Source of the DNA: Gammaproteobacteria bacterium
GTDB taxonomy: Bacteria; Pseudomonadota; Gammaproteobacteria; JAABTG01
DNA length: 64,000 nt
NCBI GenBank assembly: GCA_017999615.1
Contig: JAGNLM010000001.1
Location: 614,739 to 678,738, forward strand
Direction of reading: 5' to 3'
The position numbers and the translations under genes are program-made. Position 1 is the stretch's first letter; the number at the start of each line of letters is the position of its first letter. The notes under the pieces are model-generated. The model saw only the letters and a program-made list of their open reading frames with translations. It was not told where the DNA came from and ran no database searches. Below, in pieces: positions 23,104 through 35,881 of the stretch.

Positions 23104-24282
23104 ATGACAGATTCCCTGATGCGGACGTACGCCCGCCAACCGGTCACCTTCGATCGGGGGGAAGGCGTCTGGCTGTGGGACCAGGAGGGTCGCCGCTACC
23201 TCGATGCCGTCGCGGGCATCGCGGTCTGCGGCCTCGGCCACGCCCACCCCGCGGTGACGAAGGCCCTGTGCGAGCAGGCGGGCCGCCTGGTCCACACCTC
23301 GAACCTGTACCGGATCGCCGCCCAGGAAGAGTTGGCGGACGCGCTCAGGCGGATCTCGGGGATGAGCCGGGCGTTCTTCTGCAATTCCGGTGCGGAAGCG
23401 AACGAGGCGGCCATCAAGCTCGCCCGCTTGCACGGGCACGGCCTCCAGGTGGACGTGCCGGTGGTCGTCGTCATGGAAGGCAGCTTCCACGGCCGCACCC
23501 TCGCCACCCTGAGCGCGACGGCGAACCGCAAGGTCCAGGTGGGCTTCGAGCCGCTGGTCCAGGGCTTCCTGCAGGTTCCGTACGACGACCTCGAGGCCCT
23601 CGAGCGGGTGGCGCGCGAGCGCAAGGACGTGGCGGCGGTTCTCGTGGAGCCGGTGCAGGGGGAGGGTGGAATCATCGTGCCCGGTGCCGGTTACCTCGCG
23701 GGTGTGCGGCGGATCTGTGACGCGCAGGGTTGGCTGATGATGCTGGATGAGATCCAGACCGGGATCGGCCGCACGGGCCGCTGGTTCGCCCATCAGCACG
23801 ACGGGGTCCTGCCCGACGTCATGACCCTCGCCAAGGGGCTCGGGAACGGCGTTCCCATCGGTGCCTGTCTCGCGCACGGCGCCGCGGCGGAACTGATGGG
23901 ACCGGGCAGCCACGGCTCGACCTTCGGGGGCAACCCCCTCGCTTGCCGGGCCGCCCTGGCGGTGCTCGAGACAGTCGAGTCGGCGCGGCTGGCGGAGCGC
24001 GCTGAGGCCACGGGCGCGTATCTGCGCGAACGCCTGGCCGGGGCGCTGCAGGGGCTCCATTGCGTGCGTGCCGTGCGGGGCAGGGGACTGATGATCGGGG
24101 TCGAGCTCGCGCGCCCTTGCGGGGACCTGGTCGCGCAGGCCCGTGAGCGCGGGGTGCTGATCAATGTGACGGCCGAGAGAGTGGTGCGCCTGCTTCCACC
24201 GCTCATCCTGACGCGCGGGGACGCCGACCTCCTGGCGGACACGCTCGCCGACCTGATCCGCGAATTCTGCTCGCGGGTGTGA
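23104..24282 (+). CDS. argD: acetylornithine/succinylornithine aminotransferase (class III PLP)
   Basis: Class III PLP aminotransferase motifs ([40 protein letters not shown]); followed by argF. Confidence 0.85.
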   Translation: MTDSLMRTYARQPVTFDRGEGVWLWDQEGRRYLDAVAGIAVCGLGHAHPAVTKALCEQAGRLVHTSNLYRIAAQEELADALRRISGMSRAFFCNSGAEANEAAIKLARLHGHGLQVDVPVVVVMEGSFHGRTLATLSATANRKVQVGFEPLVQGFLQVPYDDLEALERVARERKDVAAVLVEPVQGEGGIIVPGAGYLAGVRRICDAQGWLMMLDEIQTGIGRTGRWFAHQHDGVLPDVMTLAKGLGNGVPIGACLAHGAAAELMGPGSHGSTFGGNPLACRAALAVLETVESARLAERAEATGAYLRERLAGALQGLHCVRAVRGRGLMIGVELARPCGDLVAQARERGVLINVTAERVVRLLPPLILTRGDADLLADTLADLIREFCSRV

Positions 24283-24289
24283 GGCTTCC

Positions 24290-25195
24290 ATGGCTATCCG
24301 GCACTTCCTCACGTTGCTCGACCTGACCTCCGAGGAGATCGTCGCCCTGATCGACCGCGCCACCGAGCTCAAGGCGCGGCTTCGCGACGGTGTGATCGAC
24401 GAGCCCCTGAAGAATCGGACGCTCGCTCTGGTCTTCGAGAAGTCCTCCACCCGCACCCGTGTCTCCTTCGAGGCCGCGATGGTCCAGTTCGGGGGGGCGA
24501 CCCTGTTCCTTTCTCCGCGGGACACCCAGCTCGGGCGTGGCGAGCCCATCGAGGACACCGCACGAGTCCTCTCGCGCATGGTGGACGCCGTGGCGATCCG
24601 CACTTTCGAGCACGAGAAGATCGAGCGCTTCGCCGCCTACTCCGGTGTGCCCGTCATCAACGCGCTCACCGACCGGCACCACCCCTGCCAGTTGCTGGCC
24701 GACATGCAGACCTTCTTCGAGCACCGTGGCTCGATCGCCGGGCGCACGGTGGCCTGGATCGGTGACGGCAACAACATGTGCCACTCGTACATCGACGCCG
24801 CCCGGCAACTGGAGTTCCGGCTGCGGGTGGCCTCGCCCGAGGGATACGAACCGGACCCGCAGTTGGTAGCGGCCGGCTCGGGCTGGGTCGAGGTGATGCG
24901 AGATCCCAGGGAGGCCGTAGCGGGGGCCCACCTGGTGGCGACCGACGTGTGGGCGAGCATGGGCCAGGAATCCGAGCAGACCCAGCGCATCGAGCGCTTC
25001 TCGGCTTACCAGGTCAATCGGGACCTGATGCGGCTGGCCGCACCGGACGCCCTGTTCATGCACTGCCTGCCGGCGCACCGGGGTGAGGAGGTCACCGAGG
25101 ACGTCCTGCTCGGCCCCCAGAGTGTCGTGTGGGACGAGGCGGAGAACCGACTGCATGCTCAGAAGGCGTTGTTGGAGTTCCTGCTGCGTCGCTGA
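24290..25195 (+). CDS. argF: ornithine carbamoyltransferase
   Basis: STRTR carbamoyl-phosphate-binding motif ([12 protein letters not shown]), HPCQ, HCLPA motifs. Confidence 0.9.
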   Translation: MAIRHFLTLLDLTSEEIVALIDRATELKARLRDGVIDEPLKNRTLALVFEKSSTRTRVSFEAAMVQFGGATLFLSPRDTQLGRGEPIEDTARVLSRMVDAVAIRTFEHEKIERFAAYSGVPVINALTDRHHPCQLLADMQTFFEHRGSIAGRTVAWIGDGNNMCHSYIDAARQLEFRLRVASPEGYEPDPQLVAAGSGWVEVMRDPREAVAGAHLVATDVWASMGQESEQTQRIERFSAYQVNRDLMRLAAPDALFMHCLPAHRGEEVTEDVLLGPQSVVWDEAENRLHAQKALLEFLLRR

Positions 25196-25216
25196 GCGTC
25201 CGGACCGGTTCGCCGC

Positions 25217-25972
25217 GTGCGCATCCTGATCAGCAACGACGACGGCTACCAGGCTCCGGGCATCGTCTGTCTCGCGCGACGCCTCGGCGAGGTCGGCGAG
25301 ATCTCCGTCGTGGCGCCGGAGCGTGAGCGCAGCGGCGCGAGCAATTCGCTCACCTTGCGCAACCCCGTGCGCGCGCGGCGCGCCGAGAACGGATTCATCT
25401 ATGTGGACGGGACGCCCACCGACTGCGTGCACCTCGCGATCACCGGGTTGCTCGACCCCGAGCCGGACCTCGTCGTGGCGGGCATCAATGCGGGGGCCAA
25501 CCTCGGCGACGACGTGCTCTACTCGGGCACGGTGGCCGCGGCGATGGAGGGGCGTTTCCTCGGACTGCCAGCGATCGCGGTGTCGCTGGTGGGGGACCAG
25601 TTCCAGCACTACGAGACGGCGGCCGACGTGGTGGTGTCCCTCGTGCGAAGCCTCCAGACCTCGCCCATTCCCCCGGCGACGATCCTCAACGTGAACGTGC
25701 CGGACGTCCCTGCCGAGGAGCTGTCGGGATTTCGCGTCACCCGCCTCGGGCAGCGGCATCGTTCGGAGCCCGTCGTGCGCACCCACGACCCTCGAGGCCG
25801 GGAGATCTTCTGGATCGGGCCGGCCGGGCCGGGACAGGACGCGGGGCCGGGCACCGACTTCCATGCGCTCGCCGGGGGCTACGTGTCCATCACGCCGCTG
25901 CACGTCGACCTCACTCGGCATGCGGCAATAGAGGACCTCTCGCGCTGGGTCGGAGGCCTGCGGGTCCGGTGA
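25217..25972 (+). CDS. surE: 5'/3'-nucleotidase SurE
   Basis: [15 protein letters not shown]...[21 protein letters not shown]; surE-pcm-nlpD-rpoS synteny. Confidence 0.9.
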   Translation: MRILISNDDGYQAPGIVCLARRLGEVGEISVVAPERERSGASNSLTLRNPVRARRAENGFIYVDGTPTDCVHLAITGLLDPEPDLVVAGINAGANLGDDVLYSGTVAAAMEGRFLGLPAIAVSLVGDQFQHYETAADVVVSLVRSLQTSPIPPATILNVNVPDVPAEELSGFRVTRLGQRHRSEPVVRTHDPRGREIFWIGPAGPGQDAGPGTDFHALAGGYVSITPLHVDLTRHAAIEDLSRWVGGLRVR

Positions 25973-26628
25973 CCACGCGATTCAACGGCATCGGCATGAC
26001 CTCCCAGCGCACGCGGGACCGGCTGATCGACCGCCTGCGCGCGCAGGGGATCAGCAACCCGGCGGTGCTCGAGGTGATCCGGCGCACTCCGCGCCACATC
26101 TTCGTGGACGAGGCGCTCGCGAGCCGCGCCTACGAAGACACCGCGCTGCCGATCGGTCACGGTCAGACGATCTCCCAGCCCTACATCGTCGCGCGCATGA
26201 CCGAGTTGCTGATCGGGGAGCGCTCTCCCCAGCGGGTGCTGGAGATCGGCACGGGCTGTGCCTACCAGACCGCGGTGCTGGCGCAACTCGTGCCCGCGGT
26301 CTTCAGCGTGGAGCGGATCCAGGCCTTGCTGCACCAGGCCCGGGAGCGGCTCTATCAGCTGAGGATCAACAACGCACGCCTGCGGCTGGCCGACGGCTCG
26401 CTCGGCTGGCCGGAGCATGCCCCCTACGATGGCATCCTGGTCGCCGCTGCGGCCCCGTCGATCCCCCAGGCACTCTGCGAGCAACTGGCCCCCGGCGGGC
26501 GCCTGGTCGCCCCCGTGGGCACGCGCGGCGCGCAACGCCTCGTGCTCATGGTGCGCGAGGAGGAAGGCTTTCAACAGCGCACTCTCGAGGCGGTGAGCTT
26601 CGTGCCGCTGGTTGCCGGGACCGGGTGA
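25969..26628 (+). CDS. pcm: protein-L-isoaspartate O-methyltransferase
   Basis: [19 protein letters not shown]...[16 protein letters not shown] motifs; start overlaps the surE stop. Confidence 0.9.
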   Translation: MTTRFNGIGMTSQRTRDRLIDRLRAQGISNPAVLEVIRRTPRHIFVDEALASRAYEDTALPIGHGQTISQPYIVARMTELLIGERSPQRVLEIGTGCAYQTAVLAQLVPAVFSVERIQALLHQARERLYQLRINNARLRLADGSLGWPEHAPYDGILVAAAAPSIPQALCEQLAPGGRLVAPVGTRGAQRLVLMVREEEGFQQRTLEAVSFVPLVAGTG

Positions 26629-26634
26629 CGGCGC

Positions 26635-27420
26635 GTGAGGGCCCGCACCTGGACCTGGAGATGTGCGCTCGGTTCAGTGGTCGTGCTCACCCTGGCCGGC
26701 TGTGGTTCCAGTGGCGTCAGGGCCCCGGTCGAGGAGCGGGCTGTGGTGGGTTCCATCTCGGTCCCTGACGCTCCCCGCGTCCGGGGTGCCCGCAGGCCTC
26801 AGGAACCGCCAAGGCGGGAGGCTGCGACGGAGGTGTCGGAGCTGACGAGGCGCCAGGTTCCGAGGGAGGTGCCGGAGCCGACGAAGCAGCCGGTGGCCAC
26901 CGAGGCTCGGGATCCAGGGAGCCAGCAGGTCGCAACCGCACCACGCGAGAGGGCGAGAGCAGCGGTCGAGACGAAGCCCCGGAAGCCGGTGACGTCGGCG
27001 AAATCGGCGAAGAAGGTCCAGCCCGAGGTGCTTGCGTGGGTCTGGCCCGCCACGGGCCGCGTGTTGCGCGGGTTCTCCGAGGGAGGCAACAAGGGCCTCG
27101 ACATCAGCGGTCGAACGGGGTTGCCCGTGTGCGCCGCCGCGCGGGGCCGAGTGGTCTATTCGGGCAGTGGACTCGTCGGATACGGCAAGCTTATCATCGT
27201 CAAACATAACAAGAGCTATCTGAGTGCGTACGCGCACAACGACAAGCTCCTGGTCAAGGAAGGTGACTCGGTGACGGGCGGTCAGCGCATCGCCCAGATG
27301 GGTCAGACCGGCACACAGGGGGTGAAGCTGCACTTCGAGATCCGTCGGGACGGCAGGCCGGTCGATCCGCTGATTTACCTTCCGCGCCGGGACCTGCCCC
27401 AGGAGGATTCGGATGCTTGA
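26635..27420 (+). CDS. nlpD: M23 family murein hydrolase activator / lipoprotein NlpD-like (no LysM domain seen)
   Basis: Lipobox LAGCGS, Pro/Glu-rich linker, C-terminal M23 LytM domain ([31 protein letters not shown]...LHFEIR); upstream of rpoS. Confidence 0.8.
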   Translation: MRARTWTWRCALGSVVVLTLAGCGSSGVRAPVEERAVVGSISVPDAPRVRGARRPQEPPRREAATEVSELTRRQVPREVPEPTKQPVATEARDPGSQQVATAPRERARAAVETKPRKPVTSAKSAKKVQPEVLAWVWPATGRVLRGFSEGGNKGLDISGRTGLPVCAAARGRVVYSGSGLVGYGKLIIVKHNKSYLSAYAHNDKLLVKEGDSVTGGQRIAQMGQTGTQGVKLHFEIRRDGRPVDPLIYLPRRDLPQEDSDA

Positions 27421-28440
27421 GCGGGACGAGGAGCGAGAGGAAGTCCTCGAACAGAACCGCGAGCCGAGCGAAGAAGCGCTCGGCGACGACGAGCTGCTCG
27501 AACCCGCAATCGGCGAGGGGCTGGTCGAGACTCTGGCGGAGGATCTCGAGGAGGATCCCGCGCTGGCCGAGCCGGAGACCGTCTCCTTTCCCCGGGACAT
27601 CCCGGAAGGGGAGATGGACGCCACCCGCCTGTACCTCAGCGAGATCGGCTACTCCCCCCTGTTGACCGCGGAAGAAGAAGTGCGTTTCGCGCGTGCGGGG
27701 CAGCGGGGCGACAAAGAGGCGCGCAAGCGCATGATCACCAGCAATCTCCGGCTGGTGGTGAAGATAGCCCGCCGGTACATGAACCGGGGCCTTGCGCTGC
27801 TCGATCTGATCGAGGAGGGCAACCTCGGCCTCATCCGGGCGGTGGAGAAGTTCGACCCCGAGCGCGGTTTCCGCTTCTCCACGTACGCTACCTGGTGGAT
27901 CCGTCAGACCATCGAGCGGGCGCTGATGAACCAGACCCGCACCATTCGTCTGCCCATCCACGTGGTGAAGGAGATCAACGTCTACCTGCGTGCCGCGCGC
28001 AAGCTCGCGCAGTCTCTCGATCGGGAGCCGAGTCCGGAGGACGTGGCCGGGATGCTCGACAAGCCCATCGAGGAGGTCAAGCGCATGCTGGGCCTGAACG
28101 AGCGTGTCGCCTCGGTGGACGTCCCGAGGACGCAGGACACCGAGAAGTCCCTCATCGACTCCATCCCCGACGAGCAGAATACCGACCCTTCCCTGCTGCT
28201 CCAGGACCGGGACGTGCAGCTCCACATCGACCTCTGGCTGTCGAAGCTGAACGACAAACAGCGAGCCGTGGTGGAGCGCCGGTACGGTCTGCACGGCCAC
28301 GAGAGCTCGACGCTCGAAGAGGTGGGCAACGAGCTCGGCGTGACCCGGGAGCGCGTGCGTCAGATCCAGATCGAGGCCTTGCGCCGCCTGCGGGAGATCC
28401 TGGAGCGGGAGGGCTTTTCCGTGGAGACCGTGTTCGAGGG

Positions 28441-28444
<4 letters not shown>
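27413..28444 (+). CDS. rpoS: RNA polymerase sigma factor RpoS (sigma-38)
   Basis: Sigma70 regions 2-4 ([39 protein letters not shown]), acidic N-terminus, nlpD-rpoS arrangement. Confidence 0.85.
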
Positions 28445-29627
<1,183 letters not shown>

Positions 29628-29694
29628 TTCCACACGGATTGCTTGACCGATTGTGTTTTTGAACTACAGTACGCAATAACCGTCCGACGCAACG

Positions 29695-30186
29695 ATGATG
29701 ATTCGACGAAGCGCGTTCCGGAGCGGGGACATCGGCAGACAACTGGGGGATGGATTGATGGCTGCTACTAGAAAGGCGGGTGCCCGGAAGGCCGTGGCAG
29801 GCCGCAAAGCGACGGCCAAGCCGGCTGCGGCGAAGGCGAAGGCGAAGGCGAAGAAGACGACCCGGACAGTTGCCGCGCGCAAAGCGGTTGCTGCGCGCCG
29901 CACCGTCGCCAGGGCGGCAGTGGCCCGCAAGACCACGAGCCGGCGCGCCGCATCCGCTCGGGCCCGCACGGCCACCCGGAAGAAGGCGGTGCCAGTGGAC
30001 GACCGCGAGGCGCGTCTGGTGGCACGTCTGGAGAAGGCGAAGGAGAAATTCCTCGCCCGTGAGGGCAAGCGCTTCGAGAAGGAGTTCTGGCGCAAGGAGC
30101 GCATGAAGGAGAAGGCCCGCATCCGCCGCAAGCGCGAGCGTGTGCGGGCGAAGAAGGCAGTGGTGGCGGCGCCGACGGCTGCCTGA
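29695..30186 (+). CDS. histone H1-like / AlgP-like Lys-Ala-Arg-rich nucleoid-associated protein
   Basis: Low-complexity basic repeats KAAKAKAKAKKTTRTVAARKAVAARR.., C-terminal charged helix (KEKFLAREGKRFEKEFWRKERMKEKARIRRKRER); alternative start MAATRK at 29758. Confidence 0.55.
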   Translation: MMIRRSAFRSGDIGRQLGDGLMAATRKAGARKAVAGRKATAKPAAAKAKAKAKKTTRTVAARKAVAARRTVARAAVARKTTSRRAASARARTATRKKAVPVDDREARLVARLEKAKEKFLAREGKRFEKEFWRKERMKEKARIRRKRERVRAKKAVVAAPTAA

Positions 30187-30292
30187 CACGCCGCCACCCG
30201 CGGCCCTGTTCTCCCGGCGTGGTCCGGGGCGGGACCGGGGGGATCGAGACCGGTATTTCCCCTCGCCGGGCTCCCACGGGAGCCCGGTTTCG

Positions 30293-31000
30293 TCAGGCTC
30301 CCTCCCGCAGGTGGACGATGGGCCACGCACGGCTCCGGGCGATGGTGCGCAGCGTCTCGTCCGGGTCCACGGCGACGGCGTGGTCCACACGCTCGAGCAG
30401 GGGCAGGTCGTTGTGCGAGTCGCTGTAGAACCACGTCTCGCTCGCGGGCTGCCCCTGTTCCTCCAGCCAGGCATCGAATCGGGTCACCTTGCCCGCGGCG
30501 TAGGCGGGAACCCCGGCGACCTCCCCGGTGAATCGGCCGGCTGAGGTCTCGGGGTCCGTCGCGATCAGATCCTCGACCCCGAGCAGGCTTGCGATGGGGC
30601 GGGTGATGAAGCGGTTGGTCGCAGTGATGATCAGCAACCGGTGACCGGCGCGCCGGTGCCGCTCCAGCAGGACGGCCGCCGCTGGCAGGAGGATGGGGCG
30701 GATCTTCTCTTCGATGAATCGCTCTCTCCACGCCAGCAGGTCGGGAAGGGGGAAGCGGGCGAGCGGCGCGAGTTGGAAGCGCAGGAACTCCCCGATGTCG
30801 AGGCGGCCGGCGAGGTAGTCGGCGTAGTAGCGCTCGTGCTCGCGCAGGAAGGCCTCGGCGTCCACCTTGCCGAGCTCGGCGAGGAACTCGCCCCAGAGGT
30901 AATCGCTGTCGCCGGCGATGAGGGTGTTGTCGAGATCGAAGATGGCAAGCTGCACGACCGGTCTCCCGTGGAGTGCGCACGTGGAGTGCGCGGGACCCAT
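30293..31000 (-). CDS. HAD-IB family hydrolase (phosphoserine-phosphatase-like)
   Basis: HAD motif [12 protein letters not shown], motif II IITATN, motif [13 protein letters not shown]; divergent from rppH. Start set at MGPAH. Confidence 0.6.
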   Translation of the reverse strand: MGPAHSTCALHGRPVVQLAIFDLDNTLIAGDSDYLWGEFLAELGKVDAEAFLREHERYYADYLAGRLDIGEFLRFQLAPLARFPLPDLLAWRERFIEEKIRPILLPAAAVLLERHRRAGHRLLIITATNRFITRPIASLLGVEDLIATDPETSAGRFTGEVAGVPAYAAGKVTRFDAWLEEQGQPASETWFYSDSHNDLPLLERVDHAVAVDPDETLRTIARSRAWPIVHLREGA

Positions 31001-31077
31001 CCCCCGGGGACGACGGGCATTTGCCGTGCCCAGGGCCTTGTGCAAGAATCCTACCAGAGCACTCGAAGCCAGCAACC

Positions 31078-31638
31078 GTGATCGACGCCGACGGTTTCAG
31101 GCCCAACGTCGGAATCATCCTGATCAATCAGGGCGGTCAGGTCTTGTGGGCGCGTCGCGTGGGCCAGGACGCCTGGCAGTTTCCCCAGGGCGGCATCCGG
31201 CGGCACGAAAGGCCCGACGAGGCGCTCTTTCGCGAGCTCTACGAAGAGGTCGGCCTGACTGTTTCTCAGGTGAAGGTCATCGGCTGCACCCGCGGTTGGC
31301 TCCGCTATCGCCTGCCCGAGCGCTTCATCCGCCGCCACCGCCAGCCCCTGTGCGTGGGCCAGAAGCAGCGCTGGTACATCCTGCGCTTCGTGGGGGAGGA
31401 GACAGACGTCTGCCTTACCCGGGGCGAGCGGCCGGAGTTTGACGACTGGCGCTGGGTGGACTACTGGACCCCCCTGAAAGAGGTGGTCTTCTTCAAGCGG
31501 CAGGTCTACCAGCGCGCGCTCGAGGAGCTCGCCCCGCTGGTCGGCCGGACCGGTCTCGCCGAGGTGTCCGAGGCGGACGAGGAGGGACCGCCGGAGGACC
31601 CCGGGTTGCCCCTGAGCCCGACCTCATCCTCCGAGTAG
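31078..31638 (+). CDS. rppH: RNA pyrophosphohydrolase RppH (NudH), Nudix hydrolase
   Basis: Nudix box GG..R.E...A..REL.EEVGL and the conserved RppH N-terminus YRPNVGIIL; GTG start chosen inside the longer ORF. Confidence 0.85.
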   Translation: MIDADGFRPNVGIILINQGGQVLWARRVGQDAWQFPQGGIRRHERPDEALFRELYEEVGLTVSQVKVIGCTRGWLRYRLPERFIRRHRQPLCVGQKQRWYILRFVGEETDVCLTRGERPEFDDWRWVDYWTPLKEVVFFKRQVYQRALEELAPLVGRTGLAEVSEADEEGPPEDPGLPLSPTSSSE

Positions 31639-31738
31639 GGAGGTGCCGACACCCGGCGGGTTCGAGTGCCCCTGGAGGGGGGCGGGCGTGGCCTGCCGGC
31701 GGTTGGAGCGCTGCTTACCCTATCCACACAATCAACTT

Positions 31739-31752
31739 TTGACGTTGGTCAA
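31739..31752 (+). promoter_or_regulatory. FNR/Dnr/NNR-type palindromic box TTGAC-GTTG-GTCAA upstream of napD
   Basis: Perfect TTGAC-N4-GTCAA inverted repeat centred about 85 bp upstream of the napD start codon; the CRP/FNR-family consensus is TTGAT-N4-ATCAA. Confidence 0.4.
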
Positions 31753-31830
31753 TCCAGCGCTCGCGGATCTGGCGTGTCGGCTGTTATTAATCTCGTCTAG
31801 ACTCTTGCGTGTAGGTCCCCCCCCCCGCCC

Positions 31831-32145
31831 ATGAACATATCCGGAATCCTGGTCGTCGTTCCGCCCGAGCGCCTGGAGCAGGCAGTCCTGGAGCTCGCCG
31901 CGCTACCCGGGGTCGACGTGCACCACACCGACCCCGCGACCGGGCGGATCGTCATCACCCAGGAGGGGGAGACCATCGGCGCCGAGGTGGACGGACTCAA
32001 GCGCATCAAGGCCCTTCCGTACGTGGTGCTCGCCGAGATGGTGCACCACCGATTCGAGGACAGCAGCGAGATCATCGACGCGATACCGTCGGAGTTGGAG
32101 GAGGACGACGGCCTCGCGCGAGTTCCGCCGTTTCTGAATGAGTAG
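31831..32145 (+). CDS. napD: NapD, chaperone for periplasmic nitrate reductase NapA
   Basis: About 100-aa protein [12 protein letters not shown]......L..LPGV..H.....GRIV.T.E.E, matching the NapD ferredoxin-like fold family; directly precedes napA. Confidence 0.7.
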   Translation: MNISGILVVVPPERLEQAVLELAALPGVDVHHTDPATGRIVITQEGETIGAEVDGLKRIKALPYVVLAEMVHHRFEDSSEIIDAIPSELEEDDGLARVPPFLNE

Positions 32146-32195
32146 GACCGGACCCCAAGGCTGGAATAACAGCACGACACTCGAGGAGGCTGGCT

Positions 32196-34937
32196 ATGGC
32201 TGTTACCCGTCGTGATTTCCTGAAGAGCAGTGTTGCGGCATCCACGGCCATGGCGGTCGGGTTGCCCATAGGCGAGGCCGCCGCGGCCGCCGCGGGTGGC
32301 GGCGAAGAGGGCTGGCAGTGGGACAAGGGGGCGTGCCGGTTCTGCGGCACGGGCTGCGGCATCATGATCGCCACGAAGGACGGGCGGGTGGTCGCCACCA
32401 AGGGTGACCCTGACGCGCCGGTCAACAAGGGCCTGAACTGCATCAAGGGCTACTTCAACGGCAAGATCATGTACGGCAAGGACCGCATCACGCAGCCCCT
32501 GATGCGGATGACCGACGGCAAGTTCGACAAGAAGGGCAAGTTCACGCCGGTGACCTGGCAGCAGGCGCTGGACGAGATGGAGAAGCAGTTCCGCAAGGCC
32601 TACGACGAGAAGGGGCCGACCGGTATCGCCGTCATCGGGTCGGGACAGTACACGATCCAGGAAGGCTACGCCGCCTCCAAGCTGATCAAGGGCGGTTTCC
32701 GCAGCAACAACCTGGACCCGAACGCCCGGCACTGCATGGCCTCGGCGGTCGTGGCATTCATGCAGACCTTCGGCATCGACGAGCCCGCGGGCAGCTACGA
32801 CGACATCGAGCACACCGACACGATCGTGTCCTGGGGCGCCAACATGGCCGAGGATCACCCGATCCTCTGGTCCCGCGTCACCGACCGCAAGATTGGCAAC
32901 CCGAACGTCAAGGTGGTGAACCTGACGACGTTCCGCAACCAGACCTCGCACATCGCGGACGTCGAGATCATATTCCGGCCCGGCACCGACCTCGCGATCA
33001 CGAACTACATCGCCCGAGAGATCGTCGCCCGCGACGCCTGGAACAAGCCCTTCGTCGAGAAGCACTGCGCCTTCGTCACCGGGCCCTACGACATCGGCTA
33101 CGGCATGCGCCCGACCGACAAGTTCGCGTTCCCGGCCGAGAAGGACATCCAGGCGAAGGAGCTGAAGGTCGCGCTGGACAAGTACGAGGCCGTCGGTCAG
33201 CGCCGCCAGGAAGGGGAGGTGGTGGAGCAGAAGAGCGCGGCGAACCCCGACGCTCACTGGGTCATCAGCTTCGAGGACTTCAAGAAGGCGGTCGAGCCCT
33301 ACACGCTCGACTTCGTCGCCGAGCTCTCCAAGGGCGACGTGGACGAGCCGCTGGATGCCTACAAGAAGAAGCTGCAGCAGCTCGCCGACTGGTACATCGA
33401 CCCGAAGCGCAAGGTCGCTGCCTGGTGGACGATGGGCTTCAACCAGCACTATCGGGGCAGCTGGGTCAACGAGCAGCTCTACATGATCCACCTGCTGCTC
33501 GGCAAGATTGCCCAGCCGGGTAACGGGCCGTTCTCCCTGACCGGCCAGCCCTCGGCGTGCGGCACCGCGCGCGAGGTGGGGACCTTCTCCCATCGGCTGC
33601 CCGCCGACATGGTGGTCGCCAACCCGAAGCACCGGGAGACCACCGAGGGCATCTGGAAGCTGCCGGCGAAGACGCTCAACCCGAAGGTCGGCAGCCACAT
33701 CATGAAGATCCTGCGCGACCTCGAGGACGGGTCGGTCAAGTTCTGCTGGGTGCAGGTGAACAACCCGTTCCAGGCATCGCCGAACGCCAACCACTGGCTG
33801 AAGGCGGCGCGCGACATGGACAACTTCATCGTGGTCTCGGACCCCTACCCGACGGTCTCGGGCAAGGTGGCCGACCTGATCCTGCCGGCGTCGATGATCT
33901 TCGAGAAGTGGGGCGCCTACGGCAACGGCGAGCGCCGCACCCAGGTCTGGCGCCAGCAGGTGCCGCCCATGGGTGATTCGCGCAGCGACGTCTGGATGAT
34001 GCTGGAGTTCTCCAAGCGCTTCAAACTGAAGGAGGTCTGGGGCGAGAAGTCGATTCCCGGCCTCAAGGCGGAGGGGTTCGAAGACGGCAAGCTGCCGAGC
34101 GTGCTGGCCGAGGCCGAGAAGATGGGCTACTCGCCCGAGGACACGCTCTACAAGGTGCTTTTCGAGACCGAGGCCAACAAGAAGTTCAAGTGGCCGGACC
34201 CGGTCGCCAAGGGCCACGACAACCAGACCGTCAAGTACCTCGGCGTCAACTGGTTCGTGGAGAAGGCGCTGTTCGAGGAGTACGCCCAGTTCGGCCGTGG
34301 CCACGCCCACGACCTGGGGGACTTCGACCTCTACTACGACGACAAGGTGCGCGGTCTGCGCTGGCCGGTGGTGAAGGGCAAGGAGACCGTGTGGCGGTAC
34401 AACGAGGAGCACGACCCGTACGTCGAGAAGGGCAAGGGCTTCTCGTTCTACGGCAAGGCCTTCAAGGAACTGCCCAAGGGTGATCTGGACAAGGTGACGG
34501 GCGAGGAGAAGGTGAAGCTCGGCGACAAGGCCAAGATCTTCTTCCGGCCGTACGCCGCTCCGCCCGAGGCGCCGGACAAGAACTACGACCTCTGGTTCTG
34601 CACCGGCCGCGTGCTCGAGCACTGGCACACCGGCACCATGACCCGGCGCGTGGAGGAGCTCCACCGGGCCTATCCGGCCGCCCAGCTCTGGATGAACCCG
34701 AAGGACGCCGAGGCGCGGGGCCTGAAGCGCAACGACCTGGTCTGGATCGAGTCCCGGCGCGGGAAGATCCAGGCGACGGTCGAGACCCAGGGCCGGAACA
34801 CCATGCCCAAGGGATACACCTTCATCGTGTTCCACGACGAAGGCGTGTTCGTGAACAAGGTGTGTCTGGACGTGACCTGCCCGCAGTCGAAAGAGGCTGA
34901 CTTCAAGAAGGCGGCGGTGAAGGTCTACAAGGCGTAA
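32196..34937 (+). CDS. napA: periplasmic nitrate reductase catalytic subunit NapA (Mo-bisPGD, 4Fe-4S)
   Basis: Tat signal [18 protein letters not shown]; N-terminal Cys cluster CRFCGTGCG; conserved NapA body. At 913 aa it is the long type, compared with about 830 aa in E. coli. Confidence 0.95.
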   Translation: MAVTRRDFLKSSVAASTAMAVGLPIGEAAAAAAGGGEEGWQWDKGACRFCGTGCGIMIATKDGRVVATKGDPDAPVNKGLNCIKGYFNGKIMYGKDRITQPLMRMTDGKFDKKGKFTPVTWQQALDEMEKQFRKAYDEKGPTGIAVIGSGQYTIQEGYAASKLIKGGFRSNNLDPNARHCMASAVVAFMQTFGIDEPAGSYDDIEHTDTIVSWGANMAEDHPILWSRVTDRKIGNPNVKVVNLTTFRNQTSHIADVEIIFRPGTDLAITNYIAREIVARDAWNKPFVEKHCAFVTGPYDIGYGMRPTDKFAFPAEKDIQAKELKVALDKYEAVGQRRQEGEVVEQKSAANPDAHWVISFEDFKKAVEPYTLDFVAELSKGDVDEPLDAYKKKLQQLADWYIDPKRKVAAWWTMGFNQHYRGSWVNEQLYMIHLLLGKIAQPGNGPFSLTGQPSACGTAREVGTFSHRLPADMVVANPKHRETTEGIWKLPAKTLNPKVGSHIMKILRDLEDGSVKFCWVQVNNPFQASPNANHWLKAARDMDNFIVVSDPYPTVSGKVADLILPASMIFEKWGAYGNGERRTQVWRQQVPPMGDSRSDVWMMLEFSKRFKLKEVWGEKSIPGLKAEGFEDGKLPSVLAEAEKMGYSPEDTLYKVLFETEANKKFKWPDPVAKGHDNQTVKYLGVNWFVEKALFEEYAQFGRGHAHDLGDFDLYYDDKVRGLRWPVVKGKETVWRYNEEHDPYVEKGKGFSFYGKAFKELPKGDLDKVTGEEKVKLGDKAKIFFRPYAAPPEAPDKNYDLWFCTGRVLEHWHTGTMTRRVEELHRAYPAAQLWMNPKDAEARGLKRNDLVWIESRRGKIQATVETQGRNTMPKGYTFIVFHDEGVFVNKVCLDVTCPQSKEADFKKAAVKVYKA

Positions 34938-35081
34938 GCCGTGGGGGACGAGGTGGCCGGTCGTTCCTGGCCGGCTGCCTCGCGTGGTGGCCGTCGGAGC
35001 GCGGTTCTCCGGCGGCCCACCCCAGAGCCCACAGAGGGCCCCGAGTGAAAGGCGTTCCATCCCCGGTGCCCTCTGTGTGCT

Positions 35082-35873
35082 TTGTGGAAATCGACCGGAA
35101 GGCGTTGGGCTGTCGTGAGTGAATCGTCGCGGCGTGATTTCTTGATCAAGGCGGCCCAGGGCACGGCTCTGGCGGCGACGGGCGGCTTGGTCTGGTGGTT
35201 CCTGCTGCAGAATCAGGCGCGGGCCACGCCGTTCGCGATCCGCCCCCCGGGGGCGGGCACGGAGGCCGAGTTCAACGCGCTCTGCATCAAGTGTGGCCTG
35301 TGCCTGCCGGCGTGCCCCTACGGCACGCTGAAGCTGGCGGCCGCGGGTGAGTCCATCCCCATCGGCACCCCGTACTTCTTGCCCCGGGACGTGCCCTGCT
35401 ACATGTGCCCGGACATCCCCTGCAAGGTGGCCTGTCCCACGGGGGCCCTCGATCCGGGGCTCACGGACATCAACCAGGCGCGCATGGGGCTGGCGGTCAT
35501 CGACATCGAGAGCTGCCTGTCCTGGCAGGGTCTGCGGTGCGAGGTTTGCCACCGGGAATGCCCGGTGTCGAACCAGGCGATCACGGTCGCTCACCACCCG
35601 CGCAAGACCAGCAAGCACGCTGTGTTCGTACCGCTGGTGCACAGCGAGCACTGCACCGGTTGCGGGGTGTGCGAGAAGGCGTGCCCGACGGACGTGCCGG
35701 CCATCCGCATCGTCCAGGCGGACCTCGTGCAGGGAAAGATGGGGGCGCACTACCGGCTCGGGTGGACCATCGACACCCCGATCACCCAGGAGTTCGTGCC
35801 GGCCCAGGAGGCGGGCCCGGCCGGACCGGGGCGCGATACGACCGGGGCCGGCATCGATTATCTGAATGACTGA
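35082..35873 (+). CDS. napG: NapG, periplasmic ferredoxin-type 4x[4Fe-4S] protein
   Basis: Tat motif SRRDFL, four Cys clusters (CIKCGLCLPACP, CYMCPDIPCKVACP, CEVCHRECP, CTGCGVCEKACP); alternative GTG start at 35115. Confidence 0.85.
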   Translation: MWKSTGRRWAVVSESSRRDFLIKAAQGTALAATGGLVWWFLLQNQARATPFAIRPPGAGTEAEFNALCIKCGLCLPACPYGTLKLAAAGESIPIGTPYFLPRDVPCYMCPDIPCKVACPTGALDPGLTDINQARMGLAVIDIESCLSWQGLRCEVCHRECPVSNQAITVAHHPRKTSKHAVFVPLVHSEHCTGCGVCEKACPTDVPAIRIVQADLVQGKMGAHYRLGWTIDTPITQEFVPAQEAGPAGPGRDTTGAGIDYLND

Positions 35874-35881
35874 GCGGAGTC

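Noticed and set aside
17001-23720. Long antisense or alternative-frame ORFs in the 17-24 kb region (e.g. 18235..20310+, 22966..24603-)
   Set aside because: Same reasoning as above: each overlaps a confidently identified conserved gene and has an R/G/P/A-biased composition.
31797-35750. 1317-aa ORF on the minus strand
   Set aside because: Antisense to the napA/napG coding sequence. In >65% GC DNA stop-free antisense frames are common, and the translation is low-complexity Arg/Gly/Pro-rich with no domain signatures.
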